Source: a virus
Direction: 5' to 3' (one strand)
Virus record (IMG/VR): IMGVR_UViG_3300011115_000879
Coordinates: 32,001-96,000 of that record
DNA: 64,000 bases
Part shown: positions 27,488 to 38,157 of the stretch, piece after piece
How the letters are laid out: each line of letters begins with the position of its first letter
How positions within the stretch are numbered: the stretch's first letter is position 1
Made by a program: the position numbers and the translations under genes
Notes under the pieces: generated by a model
What the model was told of the DNA's origin: nothing
Database searches by the model: none
The model's input: the letters and a program-made list of their open reading frames with translations, nothing else

Positions 27488-30400
27488 TGGCGGATAATAT
27501 TAAAATAGTAGGTAATATTCTTAATACTACAACAGTTTCACGTTATTCTAGTGAGGATACTAATTTAATCTCTTCTAGAATTTTACAAGAAAATTTTGGT
27601 GAAACTGGTGACTATATTGAAGTTTACTTATATGATGCTGGTGGTAATTTATTAAATATAAACTATGACTATCTTAGTTATAAACTACCATCTGATGCTA
27701 ATTTAAAACCAGGTACTACTACTCAACCTAATACTACAGGTAATATACAAACTACTAATATAGGAGTTATATCTACCCTATCTAACCCTACAAGTTCATT
27801 ATATCCTATAATAGAAATAGATCCTGTAATGGATATTCAAAACTATGGATATTCTTCAGGTGAATTTAACATCAGATATAATTTATTTAAAAATAAAATA
27901 TCAAATAACACTGATCAGGCCTTATTTATTAAAGAAATATCAGCAGATAGGACTGAAATAAGATTAGCCTCTACTACATTAACAAATGATGAAATTGAAT
28001 CAGTTGTAAATTCTATTATAGATGAAATAAATAACTCTGATTATTATGTAGATTATTTATTAAATTTTGGTAATAATGAACAATATATTGCTGTTAATGT
28101 AGCTTTAAATAAAGCTACTACTGGGTATGAAGTATTATTTAAATTATATCAACCATTACCATTAAGTGTACAAGAAAAAACATCATTATGGATTGTTGAA
28201 GAAAAAGTAAATCCATATATTTTTGATATAAATTTAGATAAATTAATTACACCCCCACCACCCCCAACATTGCGTGGTCCTAATTTTGATATTCCTATTG
28301 AAAATCAAGGTACTATAGCTACAGCATATGGTACATATTCTAATTTAATATCTAGTCTACAAAATAAATCATACTATCAGGTATTAAATCTGATGGCTAC
28401 TCAAAGTGCTAATGTAAATGTAGATTATACAGATTTTAATAATTTTGTATTCTTTGGATCAGCAAAACAACGTGTAATTAATTTTCATGTTAAAGCTAAG
28501 CAAATTGAAGATTATAATACTTTAATAAGTACTTATACTCCTCAAACAGCATCTATTCCTAGCTTAATTACAGAAATTAATCAATATTCATCTAATATAA
28601 AAGATATTACCACTCAATTTGATGGATATGAATATTATTTATATTTTGAATCTAGTTCATACACTTGGCCTAAGTCAGGATCTTTAAAACCATATAGTTT
28701 ATTATCTACTACTAATAGTACTGTAACAGCATGGTATAATAACTTAATATTAGTTGCTGAAAATTATGATCAAAATAATTATGATAATTTAGAATTTGCA
28801 ATACCACCATTTTTAACTGAAGATGATACTAATGCTCCTTTCTTATTATTTCTTAATATGATTGGAAATTATTTTGATGATATTTGGATATATATAAAAT
28901 CAATAACTGATCTTAATTTAGCTAATAATAATTTAGATTATGGTATATCTAAAGATTTAGTATATGAGCGATTAAAATCATTAGGTATTAAATTATACAA
29001 TAGTCAAGCTGGCGAAAGCGTAAGTCAATATCTAATAGGAGCCAATACCGGTAGTAGTATATTTGATAATAACTTTACTATTACAGGCAGCTATTTAAAT
29101 AATATACCTCGTAAAGATCTAACATCAGAACTATATAAACGCATTTACCATAACTTACCATTATTAGTTAAAACTAAAGGTACAGTTGCTGGTTTAGAGC
29201 ATCTTAATACAATATTTGGTATTACAAGTAGTATATTAAATGTTAAAGAATTTGGTGGTTCTACTAAAGCAGAATTAATAAATGGGTATAATAACGATAA
29301 AGTAAGAATAGTACAAAATACTATAACAGGTAGTGTATTATCTTCTATGTTAAGTTTACAAACATTCCCTACTGCATCATCTGCGTTTAGAGATAATGAT
29401 ACACATTATATAGATATATCATTTTCACCACAAACACAAATTGATACTTACATATCAGAATCAATATCTATAAGTAATCCAACGTGGAGTTTAGATGATT
29501 ATATAGGTGATCCTAGACAACAATATAATAATTCATATTCCGATTTAAATAATCAACGTATTTTATATTACCAAACAGGTAATACAGGTAGTTTATCCTT
29601 TAACTCAGGTAGTGCTCTATTTAATGGTACAAATAGTAGTATTCAAGTTACTCCTAGTACTGGTATTTCTTTTGGTACATCTGACTATACTATTGAAGCG
29701 TGGGTTTACTTTTTAGATCCAAATAATAGTGATCCTATTATAGGGACAAATAATGCGGGAAGTGATTTATCATTTTATAGAGAAAATAATAGTTTATTTA
29801 TAGATTCATTTAATGATAATACTAATGAATATAAATTTCCTTCTATAACAATAGGATCATGGCATCATGTTGCTGCTTCTAGAAGTGGCAGTGCAGAAAC
29901 AGTATGGTTAGATGGAGTTAGAAGTACTAGTGGAATATTATTAGGTAATTTTAATTTTTCTGGAATAACAAATTATGTAGGTAGTGCACCTGCCTTTCCT
30001 TGGAATTTTAATGGACTTTTAACTAATGTAAAAGCTATAAAAGGCTCTTATCTATATAATCCAGCATCTAGTAGTATTTCCATTCCTACATCTCTATTTA
30101 CTACTACTATCATTAATAGTACTACTTGGCAATTACCATTAATATCTTCTAGTTTAGCGCCCGGTGTTAATAGTATAAATAATGTTCTTTTTAGCCTTTA
30201 TAACCCATTCACACAAGCATACCCCGGATTTACGGGTTCATTAATGGATTATAATGGATTTATTAGATTAATAGATTATTTTGATAATTCATTATTCAAA
30301 ATGTTAGCTGATTTTACACCGGAACGTACTAGCTTATCAACAGGAGTAACAATCAACTCACCAGTATTAGAGCGTAACAAAACATCATTTGCTAACCCAA

Positions 30401-32622
30401 CTAATAGTACTACACAAAGCATATACACAGCACAATTTAATACAGCAAGTATAACACCACAATATAGTCCACTATATAATAATTTAACAGGTGATAAAAA
30501 ACCATACTTTACAGGTGAACTAAGTGGTAGTGTAGTAGATGTACATCAATATTTTACAGATAATTACAATCAATATTTAGGTGATTGGGATGTATATAAT
30601 TCACAACGTACTATATCTCAAAGCATTAATTTAAATAGCTTCAATCATTCTGATTGGAACGTATTATTGAATAATGTTTCTAAAAACGTTACTTCTAATA
30701 AACGTAAAGGCATACAATATATCTATGGTACAACAGGTAGTATTACTAGTAGTGTTGAATTACAAGACTCAAACCTATCATTAAGATCATATCAAATATC
30801 ACGCTATGAAGGTTCTAAAGTAACTAGTGCAACATATAATACTTACACTACTGGTGATAAATCATATGGTAAAACAGCAGCTATTGATCATCAATCACTC
30901 AAAGTGGCTTGGGTAAAAAATATACCAAGTCAAAGTTTAAATTTCTATGATAAAACCACTATCGATTTAAAATATCTAGTTGATAGTAGTACTTCATTAA
31001 TTGAATTATCATTATCAAACACTAATCTTTGTGAAGTACAAAATACATTTAAATCAGGAACACCGGTAGTATTATCAATATCTGATGTACAAAAACCAAC
31101 TAATCAAACTACTTTAAATGGTCTTAAAACTATATTTAGAGGTGGATATTCATATGATCCTATATTATATAGAGAAAATAATGAAACCTTAACATTCACT
31201 CACAATAATATAGTAAGCTCAGCATCGGCCCACTTAGGGGTAAAAGCATATAATTTGGATTCTTATTTATGGGCAGCGGGTGGAGATGGACGTACTATGA
31301 AGGTTGATCCAAATAAAATATCTAACCAAATTGGAGGAGGAACACAGTTTGGACAAGACGGAGCATCAATATATAAAATAAACTCAGTTAATGCTCCTGA
31401 AGGTAGTCAAATATCATACGCTAAAACATTAGCATCTTCTTGGGATATTAAACAATTACAATCAACTTATACTAATAAAGATGCCGTAACAAGTAAATAT
31501 CCGACGTATGGTTGGGATGTAAGAGGAGGAACTGATAACAAATATGTTTATTCTTTTAATGTATTAAATTTTAATAATACTAATTTAAATTTAAGCGCAT
31601 ACAATACAGAACCGGATCCTAATTCTTATGCTATAGATGGTGGTGGTAACTACACATATAAGGTACCACGAACTAGTAACTATAAATTAAGCGGAAGTAT
31701 TCCTTTCTATTTTAGTGGAGATGACACTAAAACCACAGATGGTAATAATAATAATATGTCGGGGTATATTAGATTTAAAGTAATGGGATTAGTACAAAGC
31801 AGCAGAACACCAGATATAGAAACATCATGGATAACAGTAGCCAATACTTTTCTTACTCCACTTGTACTAGGAAACCAGGTAAATTATAGCTCTAATCTTA
31901 ATGCTATTAAATACGATGGTAATTCTAATAGTAGTCTTTTTGATTGTAGTCTGAATAGTACAGCTAATTTAATAGAAGGTGATTATATTAGATTTCAATT
32001 TTATCTATTTGATAATATGGGGTTCTTTTACGACACCAGAAATTTTCTTTTCATGATAAATAGTAGCCCAGATAGTTTTAGTAGAAAACCATCTCCTGCT
32101 TTTTTTGAAATATATGATACTCTCACACCTTTTACTAAATACAATTATACTTCTACATATAGTCAAATACCACCATTATTTATAACGGCATCTGCTAATA
32201 GTATAGTATTTGATCCAACAGCCCAATCTTTAATTAATAGTGATGCTATATTCACACCATCATCTCCTGCTAATAATTATTATTCACCTGTAGTAGATTA
32301 TTTTGGAATACAAAAACAAGATTTATTAAGAGTAGGACAATTTAATAATCCAAACCCCGTATATTACGAAGTATTAAATACATATACGGCTTCTGGACAA
32401 ACTTATGCTACATTAGATAGAACAATAGATACTGGATCTTTTAACAATGCTCAAAGTTTTGCTATTTTAAGACCAAAACCAAATGAAACATCTGTAATTA
32501 TAAATTATAGAAAACAACTTGGAGATGTATCACAAACTATATTAATTCCATATGACGCAAATGATACAATAAAAAATAGCGTAGGTAATATATTTAAAAC
32601 ACTTAATACTAATTTAAAATAA
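27487..32622 (+). CDS. Large baseplate/tail protein with LamG-like insertion
   Basis: 1711 aa; KTKGT..G baseplate-like motif; YTIEAWV..WHHVA..WLDG LamG signature. Confidence 0.7.
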   Translation: MADNIKIVGNILNTTTVSRYSSEDTNLISSRILQENFGETGDYIEVYLYDAGGNLLNINYDYLSYKLPSDANLKPGTTTQPNTTGNIQTTNIGVISTLSNPTSSLYPIIEIDPVMDIQNYGYSSGEFNIRYNLFKNKISNNTDQALFIKEISADRTEIRLASTTLTNDEIESVVNSIIDEINNSDYYVDYLLNFGNNEQYIAVNVALNKATTGYEVLFKLYQPLPLSVQEKTSLWIVEEKVNPYIFDINLDKLITPPPPPTLRGPNFDIPIENQGTIATAYGTYSNLISSLQNKSYYQVLNLMATQSANVNVDYTDFNNFVFFGSAKQRVINFHVKAKQIEDYNTLISTYTPQTASIPSLITEINQYSSNIKDITTQFDGYEYYLYFESSSYTWPKSGSLKPYSLLSTTNSTVTAWYNNLILVAENYDQNNYDNLEFAIPPFLTEDDTNAPFLLFLNMIGNYFDDIWIYIKSITDLNLANNNLDYGISKDLVYERLKSLGIKLYNSQAGESVSQYLIGANTGSSIFDNNFTITGSYLNNIPRKDLTSELYKRIYHNLPLLVKTKGTVAGLEHLNTIFGITSSILNVKEFGGSTKAELINGYNNDKVRIVQNTITGSVLSSMLSLQTFPTASSAFRDNDTHYIDISFSPQTQIDTYISESISISNPTWSLDDYIGDPRQQYNNSYSDLNNQRILYYQTGNTGSLSFNSGSALFNGTNSSIQVTPSTGISFGTSDYTIEAWVYFLDPNNSDPIIGTNNAGSDLSFYRENNSLFIDSFNDNTNEYKFPSITIGSWHHVAASRSGSAETVWLDGVRSTSGILLGNFNFSGITNYVGSAPAFPWNFNGLLTNVKAIKGSYLYNPASSSISIPTSLFTTTIINSTTWQLPLISSSLAPGVNSINNVLFSLYNPFTQAYPGFTGSLMDYNGFIRLIDYFDNSLFKMLADFTPERTSLSTGVTINSPVLERNKTSFANPTNSTTQSIYTAQFNTASITPQYSPLYNNLTGDKKPYFTGELSGSVVDVHQYFTDNYNQYLGDWDVYNSQRTISQSINLNSFNHSDWNVLLNNVSKNVTSNKRKGIQYIYGTTGSITSSVELQDSNLSLRSYQISRYEGSKVTSATYNTYTTGDKSYGKTAAIDHQSLKVAWVKNIPSQSLNFYDKTTIDLKYLVDSSTSLIELSLSNTNLCEVQNTFKSGTPVVLSISDVQKPTNQTTLNGLKTIFRGGYSYDPILYRENNETLTFTHNNIVSSASAHLGVKAYNLDSYLWAAGGDGRTMKVDPNKISNQIGGGTQFGQDGASIYKINSVNAPEGSQISYAKTLASSWDIKQLQSTYTNKDAVTSKYPTYGWDVRGGTDNKYVYSFNVLNFNNTNLNLSAYNTEPDPNSYAIDGGGNYTYKVPRTSNYKLSGSIPFYFSGDDTKTTDGNNNNMSGYIRFKVMGLVQSSRTPDIETSWITVANTFLTPLVLGNQVNYSSNLNAIKYDGNSNSSLFDCSLNSTANLIEGDYIRFQFYLFDNMGFFYDTRNFLFMINSSPDSFSRKPSPAFFEIYDTLTPFTKYNYTSTYSQIPPLFITASANSIVFDPTAQSLINSDAIFTPSSPANNYYSPVVDYFGIQKQDLLRVGQFNNPNPVYYEVLNTYTASGQTYATLDRTIDTGSFNNAQSFAILRPKPNETSVIINYRKQLGDVSQTILIPYDANDTIKNSVGNIFKTLNTNLK

Positions 32623-33263
32623 TGCAGAGCTTATATTATACACCAAACTCACAAAGCTTAGAATTGCATGATGGGGGAAGTGACTCAACATTACTACAAA
32701 CATGGAGTAATATCAGTAATGTAGCTATAACAGCTAGCGCATATGAAACTAGTGGATCTGATTTTGGAACAACATTAGGTAGTCTTAGAATATATGCTTA
32801 TAGTGGTAGTGTATCTGTAGCTTCGTTTCCTATAGATAATACTAATTTATATTATCCCCCATTTCCTATTCCTAGTTCTACTTTAATTCCTACTATTATA
32901 CCTACATCATCCGCTATTTTTATAGATCTAACTTATACTTTTACAGTACCTGACACTTTTACAGATGGACAATTAAGTGGAAGTGGATGTTCATTTATAT
33001 CAAATTCCTTAGTATATATAAGTGAAAGTTATTACAATAATGAAGGGGGAATCTCCATAGCATCAGGAAGTAGTTATTTAGTAAATATATATGGTAGCGG
33101 AAGTTATTATTTTACAGCACTAACTATAAACGATATTACTTACGGAACTAATGTAGTAGACATATCTAATATTAATGATTCATCATCATACACCTTCACA
33201 CCAGAAGCATTTCATAGTTATCAAGCGACATTTGCTATAACAGATCTATCTGGACTTTCATAA
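32622..33263 (+). CDS. Ser/Thr-rich structural protein
   Basis: Coupled ORF in tail cluster. Confidence 0.6.
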   Translation: MQSLYYTPNSQSLELHDGGSDSTLLQTWSNISNVAITASAYETSGSDFGTTLGSLRIYAYSGSVSVASFPIDNTNLYYPPFPIPSSTLIPTIIPTSSAIFIDLTYTFTVPDTFTDGQLSGSGCSFISNSLVYISESYYNNEGGISIASGSSYLVNIYGSGSYYFTALTINDITYGTNVVDISNINDSSSYTFTPEAFHSYQATFAITDLSGLS

Positions 33264-33312
33264 TTAGAATTAAATTTTAATATATTTATAGTATATACAA
33301 TAAACATTAAAC

Positions 33313-33969
33313 ATGGCAATATTAAATCCTACAACAGTAACCGTAGACGCAGTTTTAACTACAAAGGGTCGTGAATTATTGGCTCGTAATGACGGATCAT
33401 TTCAAATAACACAATTTTCATTAGCAGATGATGAAATTGATTATACACTATATAATCCTTCTCACCCATCAGGTTCAGCATTTTATGGTGAAGCAATTGA
33501 GAATATGCCTGTAATTCAAGCATTTCCTAATGATACACAAATCATGCGTTACAAATTAGTAACACTTCCTCGTGGTACATCTCGTATGCCTGTTATCAGT
33601 TTAGGTTCTACTTTAATTACACTTAAACAAGGTGCTTCATTAACAATTACTCCACAAACACTTAATTATTTAGGTGCTACAAGTACATTCGAAGCTAATG
33701 GATATGTAGCTACAATAGCTGATATTAGATTATTATCATCATTTACAGGCACAGGCATTACTGCAACAACAGTTGGTAATCAAAATTTAAATACAACAAC
33801 TGGTGCTGTATTATCTAAATCAGCATTAGGTACATCATTTACTATAACTGGAACAACTGTTAATACATTATTTGGTTCTTCATTAACAACATTAGCTACT
33901 ACAATTACAGTAATTGGTAGAGATAGTGGTGCTAGAATTACTATTCCTATTAATATTACAAAAGCATAA
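33313..33969 (+). CDS. Virion structural protein
   Basis: LTTKGRELLA..F.L.DDEIDY motif typical of tail/baseplate collar proteins. Confidence 0.65.
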   Translation: MAILNPTTVTVDAVLTTKGRELLARNDGSFQITQFSLADDEIDYTLYNPSHPSGSAFYGEAIENMPVIQAFPNDTQIMRYKLVTLPRGTSRMPVISLGSTLITLKQGASLTITPQTLNYLGATSTFEANGYVATIADIRLLSSFTGTGITATTVGNQNLNTTTGAVLSKSALGTSFTITGTTVNTLFGSSLTTLATTITVIGRDSGARITIPINITKA

Positions 33970-33982
33970 ACCAAAATAAAAT

Positions 33983-34954
33983 ATGTCATTTTCAAGATAT
34001 AATACTGAAGACTCAGTAATAAGTGCAGAAACCGTAGTTCGCCCAATGTGGACAAGTGATACCTACACTTTATCTACATTCGCTACAGCTAGTAACAGTA
34101 CTGAATATTACTTAGATGTGTATCAAACAGCATCTTCAGCTACTAATGCAGAAGTACAATTTGATATTCAATATGGTAATATTAAAGGATCAGGTTCAGC
34201 ACCTATAAATCCATCTATAGCTGGATATTCTCCATCTCGTACTGTTTATGGACAGTATAGAAACTTAGTTTTTGGAACTGAAAATACATACTTCAGTTTT
34301 GATAATTATGCTACAACAGCTAGTGATATATACGCCATTAATATATCTAGAAATAGGTATAAACAATCAATTCAACCTGGTACATTTAATTTAACTTTAG
34401 CAAGTGGAAGTGCTACTATTAAATTAACAGATGATAGTAATACAACTTCATTAACTAGATTTATTGGTGAAAATAAAGTATATTATATAATTAGTGGAAG
34501 TAATGGTAATGCTTATACAAGTAGTGCTTCTACAACATATTATGGTGTAATGTTACCTGATTTAGGAGTAATTATATTGAATGCATCTGGAACATTAAGT
34601 CCATATATTCAAGCACCTTCTCAAGCAACAACAGCAGTATATAATCATACTAAATTATATGACTCTATTAGGTTAGGTACTAATTTTCAAGCACAATCAC
34701 AAGAAGTAATATCATCACGTTATTTCTTTACACGCGTTAAAAATAGTGAATTTAACTATACTTCAAATCCATCAATCATAGATGATAATGGTAATTTATT
34801 ATATACTACATTGATTGATAATCCTCAAACATACGTTACAACAGTAGGTATGTATAATGATAATAATGAATTAGTAGCAGTAGCTAAATTAAGTAAACCA
34901 TTAACTAAAGATTTCACAAAAGAGGCCCTAATTAGAATCAAATTAGATTATTAA
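33983..34954 (+). CDS. Virion structural protein
   Basis: C-terminal TTVGMYNDNNELVAVAKL.KP. Confidence 0.7.
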   Translation: MSFSRYNTEDSVISAETVVRPMWTSDTYTLSTFATASNSTEYYLDVYQTASSATNAEVQFDIQYGNIKGSGSAPINPSIAGYSPSRTVYGQYRNLVFGTENTYFSFDNYATTASDIYAINISRNRYKQSIQPGTFNLTLASGSATIKLTDDSNTTSLTRFIGENKVYYIISGSNGNAYTSSASTTYYGVMLPDLGVIILNASGTLSPYIQAPSQATTAVYNHTKLYDSIRLGTNFQAQSQEVISSRYFFTRVKNSEFNYTSNPSIIDDNGNLLYTTLIDNPQTYVTTVGMYNDNNELVAVAKLSKPLTKDFTKEALIRIKLDY

Positions 34955-34957
34955 TGC

Positions 34958-35902
34958 ATGTCATCATTCAAAAGATTAAACAAGGCCGACGTTACAACAA
35001 CTCAATACGCTGCAAATAAGCGATGGGTATTTAACTATAATACAACACCGAACGATACTAGTATAGTTTATTACCAAGGTAAAAATGAACCATTCGTTAA
35101 GAATGGTTCTACTACTACCAACGGTGAATATCAATCTTTGATATTTGCTTCTATGAACCATATGTTCTATCAATCTTATAGTGGTAGTTTATTAAATACG
35201 GGTTCATTAATGTTTAATGTTGATACTTATGTATCTACATCTCAAAATAGACCAACTGCATTTTATTTTGACTATAACAGCAACCCATTACTAATCCAAA
35301 ATCTTCCTACTGCCTCTGGTAATACAATTGGTGTAATAAATGTTAATCATAATATATTTGGTACAAAAATACTACCATATAGTTTTAATATATCCTCTTC
35401 ACAAGTTAATATTATAGATGACGGAAACGGAAATTTATACGGACTATTAGCAGCCGGGTGGGATGATTATATATCTGGTAGTTATATAAGTGCTTCTTAT
35501 TTTGAAACAGGTAGCAATACTTCCTCCTCAATCCATGTTGGTAACATATTTTATGCTCACGGTATAGCAGTACTTACTAATCAATCAGGATTATATCAAA
35601 ATATATTATCTACATCATCATCTATATCATTTCAAAATGAACATATCATTTATGAAAATGAAGTACGATGTATAGTTAAAGAAAGTGATTATAATTTATC
35701 ATATAATCCAACTCTACTATCAGGTAGCTACACTACAGGCTCATTAAAAGACTTTGCAACAGGATCATCATTCTATCCATACGCCACAACAATCGGTTTA
35801 TATAACGATGATAATGAGCTGTTAATGGTAGCTAAATTGGGTAAACCAATAATGTTATCTCCTGATACTGATACAACATTTATAGTTAAATACGATACAT
35901 AG
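34958..35902 (+). CDS. Virion structural protein, paralog of 33983
   Basis: C-terminal TTIGLYNDDNELLMVAKL.KP. Confidence 0.7.
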   Translation: MSSFKRLNKADVTTTQYAANKRWVFNYNTTPNDTSIVYYQGKNEPFVKNGSTTTNGEYQSLIFASMNHMFYQSYSGSLLNTGSLMFNVDTYVSTSQNRPTAFYFDYNSNPLLIQNLPTASGNTIGVINVNHNIFGTKILPYSFNISSSQVNIIDDGNGNLYGLLAAGWDDYISGSYISASYFETGSNTSSSIHVGNIFYAHGIAVLTNQSGLYQNILSTSSSISFQNEHIIYENEVRCIVKESDYNLSYNPTLLSGSYTTGSLKDFATGSSFYPYATTIGLYNDDNELLMVAKLGKPIMLSPDTDTTFIVKYDT

Positions 35903-35905
35903 TTT

Positions 35906-36343
35906 ATGAATAATTGGTTATATGAATACATCCCACTACAGGATGACTTTACAACAGACAATTACGGTTTTATTTATAAAATCACTAATATAGAGACAAA
36001 TAAATTCTACATTGGTAGAAAATCATTTGTCCATAACAAGAAGAAAAAACTCACTAAAAAAGAATTAGCCGAACAACCTATAGCACGTGGTCGTAAACCA
36101 ACTACTAAAGTAGAACAAGTCGACAGCGGCTGGCGTGATTATTGGGGTTCATCTAAAGAATTATTAGCTGATGTTAAATTATTAGGTAAAGATAAATTCG
36201 AACGTGAAATATTAAAGTTCTGCCCTACTAAAAAGCAACTCACATTCTACGAAATACAATACCAAATCCAACACTCAGTACTATTTACTGAAAGCTACAA
36301 CGACAACATAGGAGGTAAATACTTCCGTAAAGACTTTGTATAG
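35906..36343 (+). CDS. GIY-YIG endonuclease (Seg-like)
   Basis: GFIYKITN..KFYIG.K, YWGSS, F.REIL, YN.NI.G. Confidence 0.85.
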   Translation: MNNWLYEYIPLQDDFTTDNYGFIYKITNIETNKFYIGRKSFVHNKKKKLTKKELAEQPIARGRKPTTKVEQVDSGWRDYWGSSKELLADVKLLGKDKFEREILKFCPTKKQLTFYEIQYQIQHSVLFTESYNDNIGGKYFRKDFV

Positions 36344-36369
36344 GCAAAACAACTTCGTATATTGAGGTT

Positions 36370-37308
36370 ATGGAAAATGCTGCTCTATTAATTTTATTGG
36401 AATCTATATTAGGACAGGGTAGTAAGACTAGTCGGGGCAATTATTCATTTAAATGTCCGTTTTGTACTCATCATAAAAATAAAATGGAAATCAATTGCAT
36501 AACAAACGCAAAAAAAGAGAATCCATGGCATTGTTGGGTGTGTGAAGCTAAAGGTAAAACCATTAGATCTCTCCTTAAAGGCGCTAAAGTACCCGCCACT
36601 AAATTAGCAGAATTAAATATGATTATTGTTCCTAGTGGAACTGATTATAAACAAGATGTCACTGTATTAGCATTACCTAAAGAATTTATTCCATTAGTTA
36701 ATACAAATAAACTAAATAGATTAACACAAATAGACTCTAAACACGCCCTTCAGTTTCTAAAAACAAGAGGTATAACAGCTGATGATATAATAAAATATAA
36801 CATTGGATTTTGTAATGATGGTCCATATAAAGATAGAGTTATAATTCCTTCATATGATGAAAATGGAGTAATAAATTATTTTATTGCTCGCGCATATAAA
36901 GATGGAATGCAAAAATATAAAAATCCACCTACCGATGCAAAATCAGCAATAGGTTTAGAACTATACATAAACTGGGATGCTCCTATTATCCTTATTGAAG
37001 GTATGTTTGATGCACTAACAGTTAAACGCAACGTAATCCCATTATTTGGGAAAATTATTCACGAAAAATTAATGAAGAAGTTAGTAAGCTCCTCTGTCAA
37101 CAGAATTTACATTGCATTAGATCCGGATGCTATTAAAAATTCTTTAAAATATGCTCAAGAATTAATGACATATGGTAAAGATATTTACTTAGTAGAATTA
37201 GATGGTAAAGATGCAAATGAAATTGGATTTGAACGATTTTTAAACTGTATCGAACAAGCTCAACCTTTAGACTTTCAAAGCTTATTGATGAAAAAACTAC
37301 AATTATGA
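36370..37308 (+). CDS. DNA primase
   Basis: Zn finger CPFC..HCWVC; TOPRIM EG.FD and D.D; KDANE. Confidence 0.9.
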   Translation: MENAALLILLESILGQGSKTSRGNYSFKCPFCTHHKNKMEINCITNAKKENPWHCWVCEAKGKTIRSLLKGAKVPATKLAELNMIIVPSGTDYKQDVTVLALPKEFIPLVNTNKLNRLTQIDSKHALQFLKTRGITADDIIKYNIGFCNDGPYKDRVIIPSYDENGVINYFIARAYKDGMQKYKNPPTDAKSAIGLELYINWDAPIILIEGMFDALTVKRNVIPLFGKIIHEKLMKKLVSSSVNRIYIALDPDAIKNSLKYAQELMTYGKDIYLVELDGKDANEIGFERFLNCIEQAQPLDFQSLLMKKLQL

Positions 37309-38093
37309 TTATTGAAAGACATGCAAACATTATTAAGGACCCCAAAATCAAACGCCTTGTTGAATATAAGGAAGGGGACAAACAAGTTAATGTTTTAGAC
37401 AGCCGATTCTACAGCCGAGATGGTAAATACTATCCTTCCGTAACATCAGTACTAAACTATTTTCCTAAAAACCAATTTTTCCATTCTTGGTTAAAAGACG
37501 TTGGACACAATGCTGATATCATTGCTCAAAAAGCAGCTGGTGAAGGTACACAGGTTCACAACGCTATTGAAAGATTTATTAATGGAGAAGAAATTCAATG
37601 GATTGATGAGTTTGGTAAAGCTCAATACAATTTAGATGTTTGGAAAATGATATTAAAGTTTGCTGATTTCTGGAATACACATAAACCAGAATTAGTTGCA
37701 GCTGAATACCATGTGTTTTCAGACAATCATGAATATGCTGGTACAGCGGATTTGATTTGTAAAATTAAGGGTAAAATGTGGTTACTTGATATTAAAACAT
37801 CAAATTCACTACATACTAGCTATGGTTTACAATTATCAGCTTATGCTATGGCTTGGAGCGAAACACATAATACTCCTATCGAAGAAACAGGTGTATTGTG
37901 GTTAAAAGCTTCTACTCGCACTACTGGTAAAGAAGGTAAAATTCAAGGTAAAGGTTGGGAACTACGTTCATATGGTAATATAGCGTCAAGTTTTCAAATG
38001 TTTAAAAACATATACGAGATATATAAACTCGAAAACCCTGATTTTAAACCACATACTGAAATGTTACCTATTTCGGTTAAAATAACAGAATAA
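37305..38093 (+). CDS. PD-(D/E)xK exonuclease
   Basis: YPSVT, GT.VH, AGTAD, DIKTS, QL.AY. Confidence 0.85.
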   Translation: MIIERHANIIKDPKIKRLVEYKEGDKQVNVLDSRFYSRDGKYYPSVTSVLNYFPKNQFFHSWLKDVGHNADIIAQKAAGEGTQVHNAIERFINGEEIQWIDEFGKAQYNLDVWKMILKFADFWNTHKPELVAAEYHVFSDNHEYAGTADLICKIKGKMWLLDIKTSNSLHTSYGLQLSAYAMAWSETHNTPIEETGVLWLKASTRTTGKEGKIQGKGWELRSYGNIASSFQMFKNIYEIYKLENPDFKPHTEMLPISVKITE

Positions 38094-38103
38094 TAATATT
38101 TAT

Positions 38104-38135
38104 AGGTGGCTTGACTAAGTTGAGCCACCTTTTTT
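38104..38135 (+). terminator. Intrinsic terminator
   Basis: AGGTGGCTTGAC-TAA-GTTGAGCCACCT followed by T-run. Confidence 0.85.
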
Positions 38136-38157
38136 ATTATTATATTTATGTACAATT

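Noticed and set aside
37305-38093. Cas4 or CRISPR-linked nuclease
   Set aside because: Lacks the Fe-S cysteine cluster; the primase-adjacent context fits an ordinary phage exonuclease
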